Shown piece by piece: positions 11,841 through 24,044 of a stretch of 64,000 nucleotides of DNA (its first letter is position 1; the number at the start of each line of letters is the position of its first letter). Source of the DNA: Octopus bimaculoides (Eukaryota); NCBI RefSeq assembly GCF_001194135.2, contig NC_068989.1, positions 69,739,060 to 69,803,059 on the forward strand. Direction: 5' to 3'. The position numbers and the translations under genes were made by a program. The notes beneath the pieces were generated by a model. It was not told where the DNA came from and ran no database searches. It saw only the letters and a program-made list of their open reading frames with translations.

Positions 11841-13529
11841 CCAACAGAATATGTAATCAACATACACCATATCAACTCTGTATTACATTATGCAACAAAA
11901 ACAGTAAATATAATATTTGATGTATAATTTTGATTAATATTCTAAGTATTATCAAGAATAAGATCTTTCCTGGACTCTTACATTAACTATGTTTTATAAA
12001 ATGAATTAAAGTTGTAAAAGAATATTTTGATAAAAATCTCTTCAATTTGATGTCTCAAACTGAAATCAGACAAAGCAATTAAACTCTTTGCCAGTTTCCA
12101 TTTGCTTATTGCCATTTTCTTAAAAAAAAACCCCCAAAAAAACAACATTAGACAACCGTTAATTTTGAATATTAAGTAGCAAAACTGTCACTGAAGTTTG
12201 TATTAATAAAAGTTCAATCTTTGACACTATTTAACTTTGACGATGAAATGAGCAGCCATCTGAAAGTTTAGTTTTAATTCAGAATTGTCTTTCTTTTCTT
12301 TTTCCTTCTACTTGTAAACATATTTTAATCTAGGAGATATTGTTTACAGTCTAAGCAGAAAAGTAAATAGTTGCCTGTACACACAAACACCTTTCCATAC
12401 AGATCTATATAACATTATTTATATATATATATATATATATATACATACAATTTATTTTTATCATCTGTGTTTAGCATTTGACAACATATAGAAGTAGTGT
12501 TGTTATAAGTTGTACATTTTAAAAATTGAATTAGAATTTATATTGTCAACAATTTAACACAGAAAATATCCCTTTAGCAAAGCTTGTAAAATTAAATGTT
12601 TTGTTTGTACATCAAATCTTGCTTTTAAGATTGTAATAGAAGTGTGTCATATTCATACTTGTCTCTAGAGTATTAATGATGTAAAAGAATGAGTTGGTGT
12701 AATATAGTATGAATTTGTTGATCATTGTTTATAAAACAATAATATTTTCAAAATCCCATTAATGCCATGATGTAAGCTTGTTGTCTATTGAATAATGCAT
12801 GCATGTTGAGTGATACATTAAATATTGCATCATGTTTGATTCAACAATTTTTTTTTTCTAAAATGTTCATCTTTATTAAATATATATTAGAATATCATTA
12901 AAGAGGGAAACTGATTGATTTGTAATTTATTTTAAAAAGTAGTTCTAATGTTAGGACTGTGCTAGTTTAAAATAACTGGGAATTTAATAATACTGTATTG
13001 TATTAAGAACAATGGAATATCAACAACATCATCTATTTCTTTTTTTTCCCCTTGTTGAATATGCAAATAAAATTTGGTAGACCATTAATTTAAATATAAC
13101 TTTTTCTCCCCTCCCCCCACCATTTTATATGAATTATGAGAGCAAGTTCTATGGCTGAATTCTCTTGATCTATATAATATGAGTTTCTCCATCCATTATT
13201 CTGATTAAATTGTAGAAATGTATTCCTTTTTAGATGATTATTTTACTCACGCAAGTTATACCAGTACATATTTCCACGAAACCTTTTAAACATAAATTGT
13301 GTCTCTATTTCTGGGTTTCACAAATGGAAAAAAAAAAAAAAATTGTCATGTAGATTATTGGTTGTTTTCTGTGGTTATTATTGTGAATGTCAGTATAACC
13401 TAGTTATTTGGAGTATATGAGGTTTATAATTAAAGACAGATTGCTATTCAGGAACTTTGGAAAGAGGTACAAAGAGGCATCTATAATAACTATCAGTATT
13501 GTCATTTTATCACCATTGTTTTAAAGTTC

Positions 13530-13860
13530 ACTTTTCCATCCTTTCATGGTTTGGATGATTTTTATTGTGGTAGATTTTCTTTATCCAGATTCTCTCCTTT
13601 TCACCAACCCTCACTTGCTTGCAAACAAAATAATATTTCCTCATGACCAGACATGTTTCCACAGAATATTTTGGCAATGGAAGACACTGCTTGCATGACA
13701 GTTACATTCATTTACAACTGTTACGTGGTGTTGAGACAAGAAACACACACACACATGCAATAGGTTTATTTTAGTTTCCATCTACTAAATCTACTCATTG
13801 GTCAGTATGGGGCTATAGATGAGATGCTACTCAACAGGACTGAACTCAAAACCATATGCC
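13530..13860 (-). mobile_element. SINE-A copy, RTE-type tail
   Basis: Tail (tttcatggtttggatg..), body, CA tract and decayed core. Confidence 0.7.
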
Positions 13861-15170
13861 TATGCCTGTGATAAAACATAATGAAAAATTATTCGTTAAA
13901 AATACCATTTCTCAAATTAAAAAAATTGACCATTAGAATTTAACTTCTCTTAAAGTGATAATTAATCCAGAAGATGCTAAAGAATATTTTCAGACAAAGG
14001 AAACAAAACTAATCCTGAACATACCTGACTGTTACTGATCTTTGTAAACACTTTACCATAAGGTGACACTGGTAGAGCAGTTGATGTGAAGATTATGAAT
14101 AATTTTCTGTTCCATCTGTGTTGAATTTCTTTCTTTGGAAAATTACTAGCAAAGTGGAGGCTAATTATCTGCTATTCATTTTCAGTCTTTCAAGTTTTCA
14201 ATATCTGATCATTATTATGCGTATATTCCCTGTTAGGCTGTTCATAAAACTCAATAACAAATAGAAAATCAAATAAATGTTGAAATTGTGAATTAGGTTT
14301 GGTGAGAATCATTAAAAAAAAAAACAATCAATAATTAAACTGTATTTGATAGTTTGCAATTTAACCTACAGATTCTGTCACAAAATTTAGTTACAAATAA
14401 ATAAGGCAGCTAATTATTTCATTTCCTAAGTAAATTATTGAAAATTATAATAATAATTAATATTTTTCATATTTCTTACTGATATTTATTCAATTAACGG
14501 GTAGTTTGCAGTGTCGAATTTTAATAAATAAATTTATTTGGAAATTCTTTATAATTTAAAACAATATAATTGTCTATTGGTAAATAACAGTAATGTTGAT
14601 AACAATTATTTAATGTTCGTTATCTAGTATATGTATGTATGCCTGTGCATGTGTATTACATTGGTTATTTGCCTCTTAGAGTATCATAGAGTTCTTGATG
14701 AATTTCACAACTATATGTTATAGCATGTAAATAGTTATATGCTATTATTTATAGTTGTATGTACTTTGAGATCCATTGTTTCAAAACAGAATTATTCCAT
14801 GTTCTCTCATTAGTTTATATATTCGTATGATGTTAGTGACACACACACACACACATACACATTTGTGTGTGTGTGTGTGTGTGTATGTTCATAAATGTGT
14901 GTGGGCATAAAATCAAGTAGTCTGAAGCTGAATGGACCCTTGTCAGTGTTGTATGCCATCAGAGATTAGTTGTGGTAGTATTCAGTTGGTTTGTGTAAAG
15001 CTGTTATTAACTTTGAGAATGCTAGGTAGCACTCAGTCAGACAAATGAACTTATTATAGGGTGTTAGTCCATATGGATTTCTATAGCGCTATTCAAGCTA
15101 ATAAGCTAACCTGTCATTTTGCCAACCTTATTGTATTTACATTTAATTTGCTTTCCTTTCTCTTTACATT

Positions 15171-15208
<38 letters not shown>

Positions 15209-15547
15209 ACATATATATGTTTACATGTATATATATATTTTTTATTTTTTAAGAATTTAAACTTAGAGGATCTATTGTCAATAAGCATTATTAAAGACTA
15301 GGAATTTAGCATTGGCAGCATGAAGGAATGGTAGTGTTTATTGTAATAGTAATAATTAATACTGGTACTCTGGTTTTGTTCTTGTTTTACTTTGATTGTA
15401 CCATTGTGTTTCCGGAAGGAAGTGGCTTTTCTTTTTACCCCTCTAGTGTATGTAGGATGTTTCTGTTTTCTGTTTTCTATCGGCTTTCTATTTGGAATGC
15501 TTATCTTCCACACTAGTATGTTTTTATGTTACATTATCTTTTAGTCT

Positions 15548-16157
15548 TTAACTCCATTTGTTGTTATATTCTTGTTAAATTACATTGCTTTTGTTTCAGT
15601 CAATTTTTAAAACACTAAACATTTTATTAGAATAAACTTTATCATTAAGCTGGTATTAGGAACATAGATTAACATGAAATTGTAAAGGAAGGTTGTAATT
15701 TAGATCAAATTTTGTTTTCATATTTCTGCTAAAATACACTGTATTTGCTTAAATTAATATTGAAAATTATGCTGTAAAATAAATGTCGTTATTAACCTGG
15801 TGTTTGGAACATAAATTAACATGAAACTTTTATGGTAGGTTTTAGTTTAAATCATTTTAACCCATTAACATTTAAACAGGCCATATCCAGTCAAAATACT
15901 TTACCTGTTTTCTGTTCAAACCAGCCTAATTTGGCCTCTCACATCTGCTCTATAACATCATTAAAAGAAAAAAAAAAAAAAAGAAATTACGTCATCAAAA
16001 TTTCAAAGTTATGAAATAATGCATGATCAATTCAAAGTAATGCAAATAGATAAGCATTACATTTGAAAGAGTAATCTGAAAGCTAAAAGGTTAAAACAGG
16101 AACTTTGTATCATAGAATCAAAGGTGGTCTCGAGCAGATTGGCACCAAAAATGTTAA
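15548..16157. mobile_element. Two MITE-B copies, the second carrying a nested MITE-A (15857-16094)
   Basis: MITE-B breaks at atcatt|ttaa and resumes at ttaa|aacaggaac. The insert is bounded by TTAA on both sides. Confidence 0.8.
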
Positions 16158-17349
16158 ATCAAAATTGTTTAATAGACTAGAGTGAGTTGTTTACAAATGT
16201 AATGCTGTAAGATAAATAATTATAAATTATGTTCAAATATATTCTGCTACCTCCATTTATATGTCTTTATTATTAAACTTATAGATTTAAAATTTTTAAT
16301 CATCAATATAATTACATTCACACTATATTTCAAATCATCATAACATTTGTGTGTTAATCATTAAAACAAATATATTTGTTTTTCCATATATATATATATA
16401 TATATATATTTTCAAATATATTTATTTTCTCTCATTCGTGGTCCTAGTTTTTACATCTGTAAAAGAAAAATTATGTTCAATATTTCAATCTTTTAAAAAC
16501 TAGTTTGGTCATTCTTTTATTGGTTTCAGCCATAGGCCATGACCATGCTGGAAATATTGGAAATCACCCTAATAATACCTATCCCCCACCCCCAAGGTAA
16601 CTCCTGGCTAAATTTAAACTCATTGGTAAACTACTATGACTTATCTAATGCTGCTGATGCAGTAATTAGCTTTATCTTATTTTCTCTTCCTGCTTTACAG
16701 CTAGGTGAGAGGATAAGGGTTGTCTTGGTCCCCCTACATAATGTAGCCTAATTTTAACACAGTCCAATACCTTATCAAGTGAGCTAATGATAATTCTTAA
16801 AATATGATGCGAAGAATACATGTTACATAATGTAAATGTTGTCTTTGTTAAAAAATATGTTTAAACTATTTTTAGCTAAACACGTGTGTGCACACATATA
16901 TACACCTACCTATTTACTGTCTACCTGTTGTTAAAATAATTACAAATAAGAAAAGTCATTTCCAATGTTAGACTTATTTGTTTACATATAAAGAAAAACA
17001 AACATAAAAACTTTAAAAAAATTAGTATATAATTAACATCAATGTTTTAGTTGTAGCATCATGCCTTTTATTAATTGTTTTCAATTACAAATATCTATTT
17101 AGATTTACTTTATGTTTATCTAATTTTCTAATTTATAAAATATTAGTCATTTAGATAAACAATATTATGCCACTTTTAATATAGAAAACTATATTTGGAA
17201 TGTCTTCTAGACATTCACATGTTGGTCTTGATACTGGCTCATAGTCATCTCATTTTACCCTATCATTAGTATTCTTGTGAAAGAAATGAATGCCACAGCC
17301 TCTCATTCACCTTTTACTGTGTTATAGTATATATTATTTAAATATTAAA

Positions 17350-17575
17350 ATGCAGCAAGCTGGCAGAAACGTTAGCGCATTGGATGAAATACTTAGCAGT
17401 ATTTTGCTCGCCGCTATGTTCTGAGTTCAAATTCCACCGAGGTCGACTTTGCCTTTCATTCTTTTGGGGTTAAGAAATTAAGTATCAGTTGAGTACTGGG
17501 GTTGATGTAATCGACTGGCTCCCCCCCCCCCAAAAAAAAATTTCAGTTCTTGTGCCTATAATAGAAAGTATTATT
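17350..17575 (+). mobile_element. SINE-B copy (tRNA-headed SINE)
   Basis: gcagcaagctggcagaaacgttagc...ttctgagttcaaattccaccgaggtcgactttgcctttc...cttgtgcctataatagaaag. Homologues at about 20385(-), 20545, 25535, 31065, 37780, 41720-42976 and 47985(-). Confidence 0.85.
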
Positions 17576-18352
17576 TAAATATTAAAATGTTGTCACCAAG
17601 GTACTTTAATTGTAAAGCAAATCATTTACCATTTGCTTTAAAATATTTAACAAATGGCCTTAAAGGAAAATAATTCAACCATTATTTTCAGCATTTAAAA
17701 TAACTTAAACAATCCATGTGAACAAAGACTTGAGAAAAGACTACATTTTCTTGGAAATGAAACATAATTTCAGTTCAGGTTCAAGTAAATTAATTAAAAA
17801 AGAAAAGAATCAAAAACAACCCAAACAATTGTAATGAAATAATTTTTCAGCTCAATTCTCTGTTATTCCCCTCCCTCCTCTGTAACTAAGCAATTGTTGA
17901 GGAATATCTGAAGATCTCTAAACTATTTTTTCACTCATGATCTCTCTCTCTCTCCCCTCTCCCTCTCCCCCTTTCTCCCCCTCCCCCTCTCTCTAAATAG
18001 ATAAATAAATAAATACATAAAAAGATATACTATTGCTAAAATTCTAAGTGGATGTTGCAAAATTGCAGTTGTTGACATTTTAGTAAAACTGCTTCATGCG
18101 GATAACTATAATAAAATTTTTGAATACTCTAGCTAAATAGATATATGTGCATGTATTTGTGTGTTTTAGAAACATTTGCTTCCAGCAACATGGAATGTAA
18201 GTTTAGATTTATGAAGTGGAACATATGTCATTGTTTTAATATTTTTCTGTCAGTGTTTTAAAAGCAAAGGATGCAAAAATCAAATTTGCTCAACTTTTTA
18301 TTAATAGCAATTTACAATTATTTCCACAACACTTTCAGATAAATTCTTGTAG

Positions 18353-18422
18353 ATAGATTGTGTGTAATGCCATATATCTCAGCTACTGAGATCATAAAAG
18401 TATCTAGCTTGCAGCCAGGATG
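18353..18422 (+). CDS. Candidate small exon, unidentified (RLCVMPYISATEIIKVSSLQPG)
   Basis: ttcttgtag| ... ggatg|gtaaca with an open frame. No recognisable homology; could be chance. Confidence 0.15.
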
Positions 18423-18587
18423 GTAACACTTCACCCATCTTCTTGGGCTCACGGGCAAAGAACAAGAGCCTAAAATGTTAGAACGCTTGGGCATGGCTGT
18501 GTGGTGCTTTGGGCAATTGGTTTCTACTATAAACAGAGGCAAACCAAAACCTTGTGAATTTGTTAAATAGAAATTAAAAGAAACCCA

Positions 18588-18620
<33 letters not shown>

Positions 18621-19588
18621 NNNNNNNNNNNNNNNNNNNNNNNNNNNNNNNNNNNNNNNNNNNNNNNNNNNNNNNNNNNNNNNNNNNNNNNNNNNNNNNN
18701 NNNNNNNNNNNNNNNNNNNNNNNNNNNNNNNNNNNNNNNNNNNNNNNNNNNNNNNNNNNNNNNNNNNNNNNNNNNNNNNNNNNNNNNNNNNNNNNNNNNN
18801 NNNNNNNNNNNNNNNNNNNNNNNNNNNNNNNNNNNNNNNNNNNNNNNNNNNNNNNNNNNNNNNNNNNNNNNNNNNNNNNNNNNNNNNNNNNNNNNNNNNN
18901 NNNNNNNNNNNNNNNNNNNNNNNNNNNNNNNNNNNNNNNNNNNNNNNNNNNNNNNNNNNNNNNNNNNNNNNNNNNNNNNNNNNNNNNNNNNNNNNNNNNN
19001 NNNNNNNNNNNNNNNNNNNNNNNNNNNNNNNNNNNNNNNNNNNNNNNNNNNNNNNNNNNNNNNNNNNNNNNNNNNNNNNNNNNNNNNNNNNNNNNNNNNN
19101 NNNNNNNNNNNNNNNNNNNNNNNNNNNNNNNNNNNNNNNNNNNNNNNNNNNNNNNNNNNNNNNNNNNNNNNNNNNNNNNNNNNNNNNNNNNNNNNNNNNN
19201 NNNNNNNNNNNNNNNNNNNNNNNNNNNNNNNNNNNNNNNNNNNNNNNNNNNNNNNNNNNNNNNNNNNNNNNNNNNNNNNNNNNNNNNNNNNNNNNNNNNN
19301 NNNNNNNNNNNNNNNNNNNNNNNNNNNNNNNNNNNNNNNNNNNNNNNNNNNNNNNNNNNNNNNNNNNNNNNNNNNNNNNNNNNCATTATATATCCGTGAA
19401 AGAGGCTAGCTTTATCCAGATGCATCTCGGTAACATGTGCTTTTACAGAATAATATTCAGCACTGAATATATTCTAATTATTTATAATATAATATAGGAT
19501 AAAATCTTTATAAGAATTTCTCAAGTAGTCAGCGTGAAAAAACACCATAAGGAAAAAAAACCATCGTTTTTTTCCCATAAATATATAT

Positions 19589-19798
19589 AATTTATATAAG
19601 GGCATTAACTATATAGTAATGCCTCATGCTTAGAGGGACTAAATAAGTCAAAAACTACCAAAAAATAAGCACATATTTACCGAAAGTTGCATTTCCCTCG
19701 CTTTGGGTAAATATGTGCTTATTTTTTGGTAGTTTTTGACTTATTTAGTCCCTCTAAGCGTGAGGCATTACTATATAGTTAATGCCCTTATATAAATT
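19589..19798. repeat. Near-perfect inverted repeat: 98-bp arms, 14-nt loop
   Basis: 19589-19686 is the reverse complement of 19701-19798 with 2 mismatches. Loop ttgcatttccctcg; TA-rich flanks. Confidence 0.95.
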
Positions 19799-19831
<33 letters not shown>

Positions 19832-20054
19832 TACACAGGGGATGGTGGTGCTGAAGAAGTATTAGCTTCGGGTAAACAAAAATACAGGAAGTTCAGTTAA
19901 TTATGATTTTATTCAACATATTCCCCTCTCAGATTCCTACACTTATTGCAGTGGTCCTACAGTTTTTCTAAGCCCTGTAAAAGAACTCGGAAGGTTGGGC
20001 CTCTAACCAGGTGTTGTGCCCTTAAACCCCAGAACTTTTCAGCACTCCCTTGTA
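19832..20054 (-). mobile_element. Mariner-derived MITE with transposase C-terminal remnant
   Basis: Right end aacttttcagcactcccttgta; decayed left TIR (..gtgctgaagaagt). Minus strand 19909-19980 reads LQGLEKL*DHCNKCRNLRGEYVE*, the mariner KC...GEYVE* terminus. Confidence 0.75.
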
Positions 20055-21510
20055 TTCGTGCTTGTGTGTGTATGTTTATGTCCCCTTGTCTTGGTGTCAT
20101 GTGTTAGTTGTAAGCAAATCTCAGTTTCTGAAGCTGTGGTGTTCATTTCCAGTCATCCAAGAAAATATGTCTGGCCATGAGGAAGTATTGCCTTAGTTGG
20201 AGACAGGCAAGGGTTGGTGACAGGAAGCACATCCAGCTTCAGAAAAATCACCTGAATGAATTCCATCTGACCTATGCAATAATGGAAAAGTGGGCTTTAA
20301 AATGATGATGACATAAAAAAAAATTGTCTGATAATATTTTTTACAATAATCTGCTTTATCTTTCGGCTCACTTTAATTTTATATTGACCCCAGTGCTCAA
20401 CTGGTATTTATTTTATCAGCCTTAAAAAGATGGAAGACAAATTCAATATCAGTGAAATTTGAACTCAGAATGTTTAGATAGATGAAATGGCTCAGTATTG
20501 ATTAATATTAGAATAGTATTTAATGAGCAGAATCATTACCACACCAGGTAAAATGCTTAGTGACATTTGTGTTCTGAGTTAAAATTTAGCCAAGGTCAGC
20601 TTTGCTTTCCATCCTTTCAGGGTTGATAAAATAAATACCAACTGAACACTGAGGTTGATGTAATCAATTTACCCCCTATCCTGAGCTTGGCCTTGTGCCA
20701 AGATTTGAAACCAATATTAGAACTAACATTTTGATTTATCTATTCATCCTGTATGTCCTGATTCTATCTACTCTTCATTTTGAACTATATATAAATCATC
20801 TTTCCATGATAACATAGAAACAGAATCAAATTAACATAAATATTCTATATATTTGTAAGCAATGAACCTAGGAGTAAGCTCTTTGGTCAGCCATTTAGGG
20901 GATTTATGCTGAAGTAAGATGAAGTATAAGGTGGCTGAAGTAAGTTTGGAATTCCTCTCTATATGGTCAGTGTGCCAGTGTCTTGACCTCTTAGTGATTA
21001 TACTTCAGCACACATATATTGGTTTGCATGTGCACACACAGATTCACATGTGGAATAATCCATCAAAATGACAAGGAAAAGGAAGAAGTCATATTACCAT
21101 AAAATGCAAAAAGGTTATTATTTTTCTTTAATGTAAGAGAGTCTGTTGTGTGAACATTTTGTACATACAAATATGTCAAAAATGTGAAAAATATCTTTTC
21201 CGATTTAACACAGGAGACTGCTACAAATATCTGCAACCAGTGTTTGTGACCCTGTAGACTTAATGATGATAGTGCTGTTATCTATTTTTCACCATTTAAG
21301 AAACAATAGTGATTTGACAGAAGTAGGATGTTCTGTTTTTTATTTATTAAAAATTTTTTTTTTAGATAATTTATCCCTATACATCTCTTTTGTAATTCTA
21401 ATTCTCTGATATGACTTACCCTTCAACCTATCATTTCTTCTCTTCCAGCCTCTAGGTCTGTTACTTGTTACATGCATCAACTTATATATCTTCAATGAAA
21501 TACACATGTA

Positions 21511-21790
21511 CATCATCATTATGTCTGTTTTCTTATGTTAGCATGGATCAGATGAGTCTTCACCAGCCCAGTGTCTCACCATTTATTGTAGGTCCCTTTG
21601 TAATTTCCTTTGTAAGATTCATACTCCTGAGATTAGTCTTCACTCCTTTCCATGTCTTCCTTGGTCTATCTTTTGTCTGGATACCTTCCATTTACATCAC
21701 TTGGTACTTCTCAACTCTTCTCTGCTGTCATCTTTCATATCCATACCAGTTCTGGTTGCTTAGTCTTCTCTCTTGTACATTACATCTGAT
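21511..21790 (-). mobile_element. RTE-clade LINE 3' end (decayed)
   Basis: Minus strand gives VQERRL..WYG and RPRKTWKGVKTNLRSMNLTKEIT, then tail catgctaacataagaaaacagacataatgatgatg. These are RTE ORF2 C-terminal motifs with a (TGA)n tail. Confidence 0.75.
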
Positions 21791-22006
21791 TTCTCTTATA
21801 ATTAATTCAAAGTTTTATAATTTTGAGGTTCCATCTCGCTTGCTTTCATCCAGCTAATGAAATTAAGCAGGTCAAAATTTTAAGTCACTGCCAACCTTTT
21901 TCTCTTGAGGAAATTAATGAATATGCACTGTACTAAAAGATTTTTAGTAAGCCTTTACTTTAATGTTAAACTATTTTTATATATAACTTTACATAAAAGC
22001 AAACAT

Positions 22007-22064
22007 TAACACACACACACAGACACACACACACACACAGACACACACACACACACACACACAC
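22007..22064. repeat. (CA)n/(GA)-interrupted microsatellite
   Basis: Direct reading. Confidence 0.95.
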
Positions 22065-22892
22065 GTTGTACATACAAATACATTATGCATAAGTTATATT
22101 CAATCATACATACACAACCACGATCTGATCTAAGACATAACTCAGAAATTTATTTGGGACACAGGGTTTCTGAACTTTTAACCACTAAGTCACTGGGTAA
22201 GCATAATTTGTTTGTTGGAAATAATGGTCTTTAAGTTCAGCATCATCTCAGTGTAATGTGTGTGTGTGTGTGTGTGTTCATAAAACGTTTCCACTGCATT
22301 GAAGAGATAAGCACAAAATCCACAGTTAATACTCAAGTAAATCTTCCTTCTCATTAGTTGATTACTTTATTGAACTTCCTTGTATCAATTTGCAGTAGTA
22401 TTATTGTTTGTTTCTCTCTGGCAGTTTACTAAGCTTTCTTCAGAAGACAGTAACTAACAAACTAGATTAAAAATAAATTGGTTATTGTTTAACCCTTTTA
22501 ACACCAGCTCAACTGAGACCATGACTGCTTCTCTGGTATAACTTAGTGTTTTAAAGTGAACTCAGTCAAAACCTTGCATCAAAATTTCCTGGTCTTTTAA
22601 GTTTTAAACACCAGCTTGATAATGACAAGATTATGTCAATAAGTTCTTCAGTATTTTTCAAGAGAAATATGGCAACAAAGTGGTTAACATTTCCAAGTCA
22701 TTTCTGATAAAGTAGATCTATTATGAAAGATATTCCAGTCTTTTTAGGACTGCTTTATTTACCATCTTTCCTTTTTTAAGACAGTGTGGTGTGTGTGATG
22801 TGAGGCAGATTTAGCCAGTTTAAGAAAGTTGAGCAACCACATTAAGTTTATCCTATCTTGATTGGTTTTTTTTCTTCTCCAATTCTCTACAG

Positions 22893-22921
22893 TCTAGTTG
22901 AAAAGGCTGCCTGGAAGAGAT
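22893..22921 (+). CDS. Candidate micro-exon, unidentified (LVEKAAWKR)
   Basis: Strong acceptor tttttcttctccaattctctacag|; only one frame open; weak donor agat|gtaaaa. Confidence 0.15.
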
Positions 22922-23118
22922 GTAAAAATTTGGGGAATGTTGCTTACAGTAGCCTATGCTGCCACTTTTTGTTGCTCTGTAGACTTACTGGTGGCAAGGC
23001 TATTATCCATTTGCTCCATTGAAGGCTCTCTATGTTAAAGAAAATAAATACACTTTTATATTTTGTTTTTGAATTTCATTTGTAAGAGTTCAACTCATGT
23101 GTTGTAATAGACTTTGTT

Positions 23119-23484
23119 GTATCTTGTGAAGATCATTACACTAGTAATAAACACATGCACTGGTTAAGTTATACATCTTTATTATTATCCTTCAATTGGT
23201 AAGCTATCTAATCAACTAACTAATTGATTTGATTGTTCATTAGGTCAATCAATCAATCTGTTATGGTAACCAAAGTCCGTTTGTCACCATTCACGACCTC
23301 TTCAATGACATGCCCTCTCCACTCCAGGTTACTTTGAGGTCTCACTCGATTGATTGATTGATCAAATGATTAATCAAACAATCAGTTAGTTGGTTAAACA
23401 GCTAACCAATGGGTGAATAATATTAAGGAAGTGAAATTGCACCAGTGTGTGTTTATTGTTGGCATAATGAAACTCTTGAGATAC
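23119..23484. mobile_element. Old fold-back / long-TIR MITE-like inverted repeat
   Basis: 23119-23258 aligns with the reverse complement of 23348-23484 (by eye roughly three quarters identical). 89-bp unique spacer. Confidence 0.75.
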
Positions 23485-23555
23485 TCTTTTATATTTTAAG
23501 GAAATATTTCTTCATTTCCTTTTTGATTTGATGAGTTATTCTACATGTGTGCATG

Positions 23556-23599
<44 letters not shown>

Positions 23600-23609
23600 N
23601 NNNNNNNNN

Positions 23610-23641
<32 letters not shown>

Positions 23642-23993
23642 AAGTGTAATCAGTAAGAGGAATACTGACCCATCTATATGTAGAGGAATTCCAAATTTAC
23701 TTAAACCACTTTACACTTTATCATACCTCAGTGTAAATCTCATAACTGGCTGATAACAAAATCCACTCTTAATTTACAAGCTGATTACTTTTAAATAGGA
23801 ACGGAATCCTTTTAACAGAAATATTCCACCCATTCTCACTTAACATGGTGAGCATGACTAGTCTATAGAAGGAGAAATCTATCTCTCCTCTCCAAATTGC
23901 TACAGTGACTGCAATCTAAGCACGGGCTTTATGAATTTGTGAGCGGTGGCATTTACAATAAACCGGATTTTTATATATCTTTTTCCTTATTAG

Positions 23994-24044
23994 ACTTTGA
24001 AATATCCCTGGACCATTTTGACAAAATATACAAAGGCTTGGTTT
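23994..24044 (+). CDS. Candidate small exon, unidentified (FEISLDHFDKIYKGLV or TLKYPWTILTKYTKAWF)
   Basis: tttttccttattag| ... ggttt|gtaaga; 51 nt, two open frames; no recognised homology. Confidence 0.2.

Noticed and set aside
12350-12381. GDIVYSLSRK, cadherin-like after a good acceptor
   Set aside because: Only ~29 nt with no neighbouring cadherin motifs (DxD, DxNDN); insufficient.
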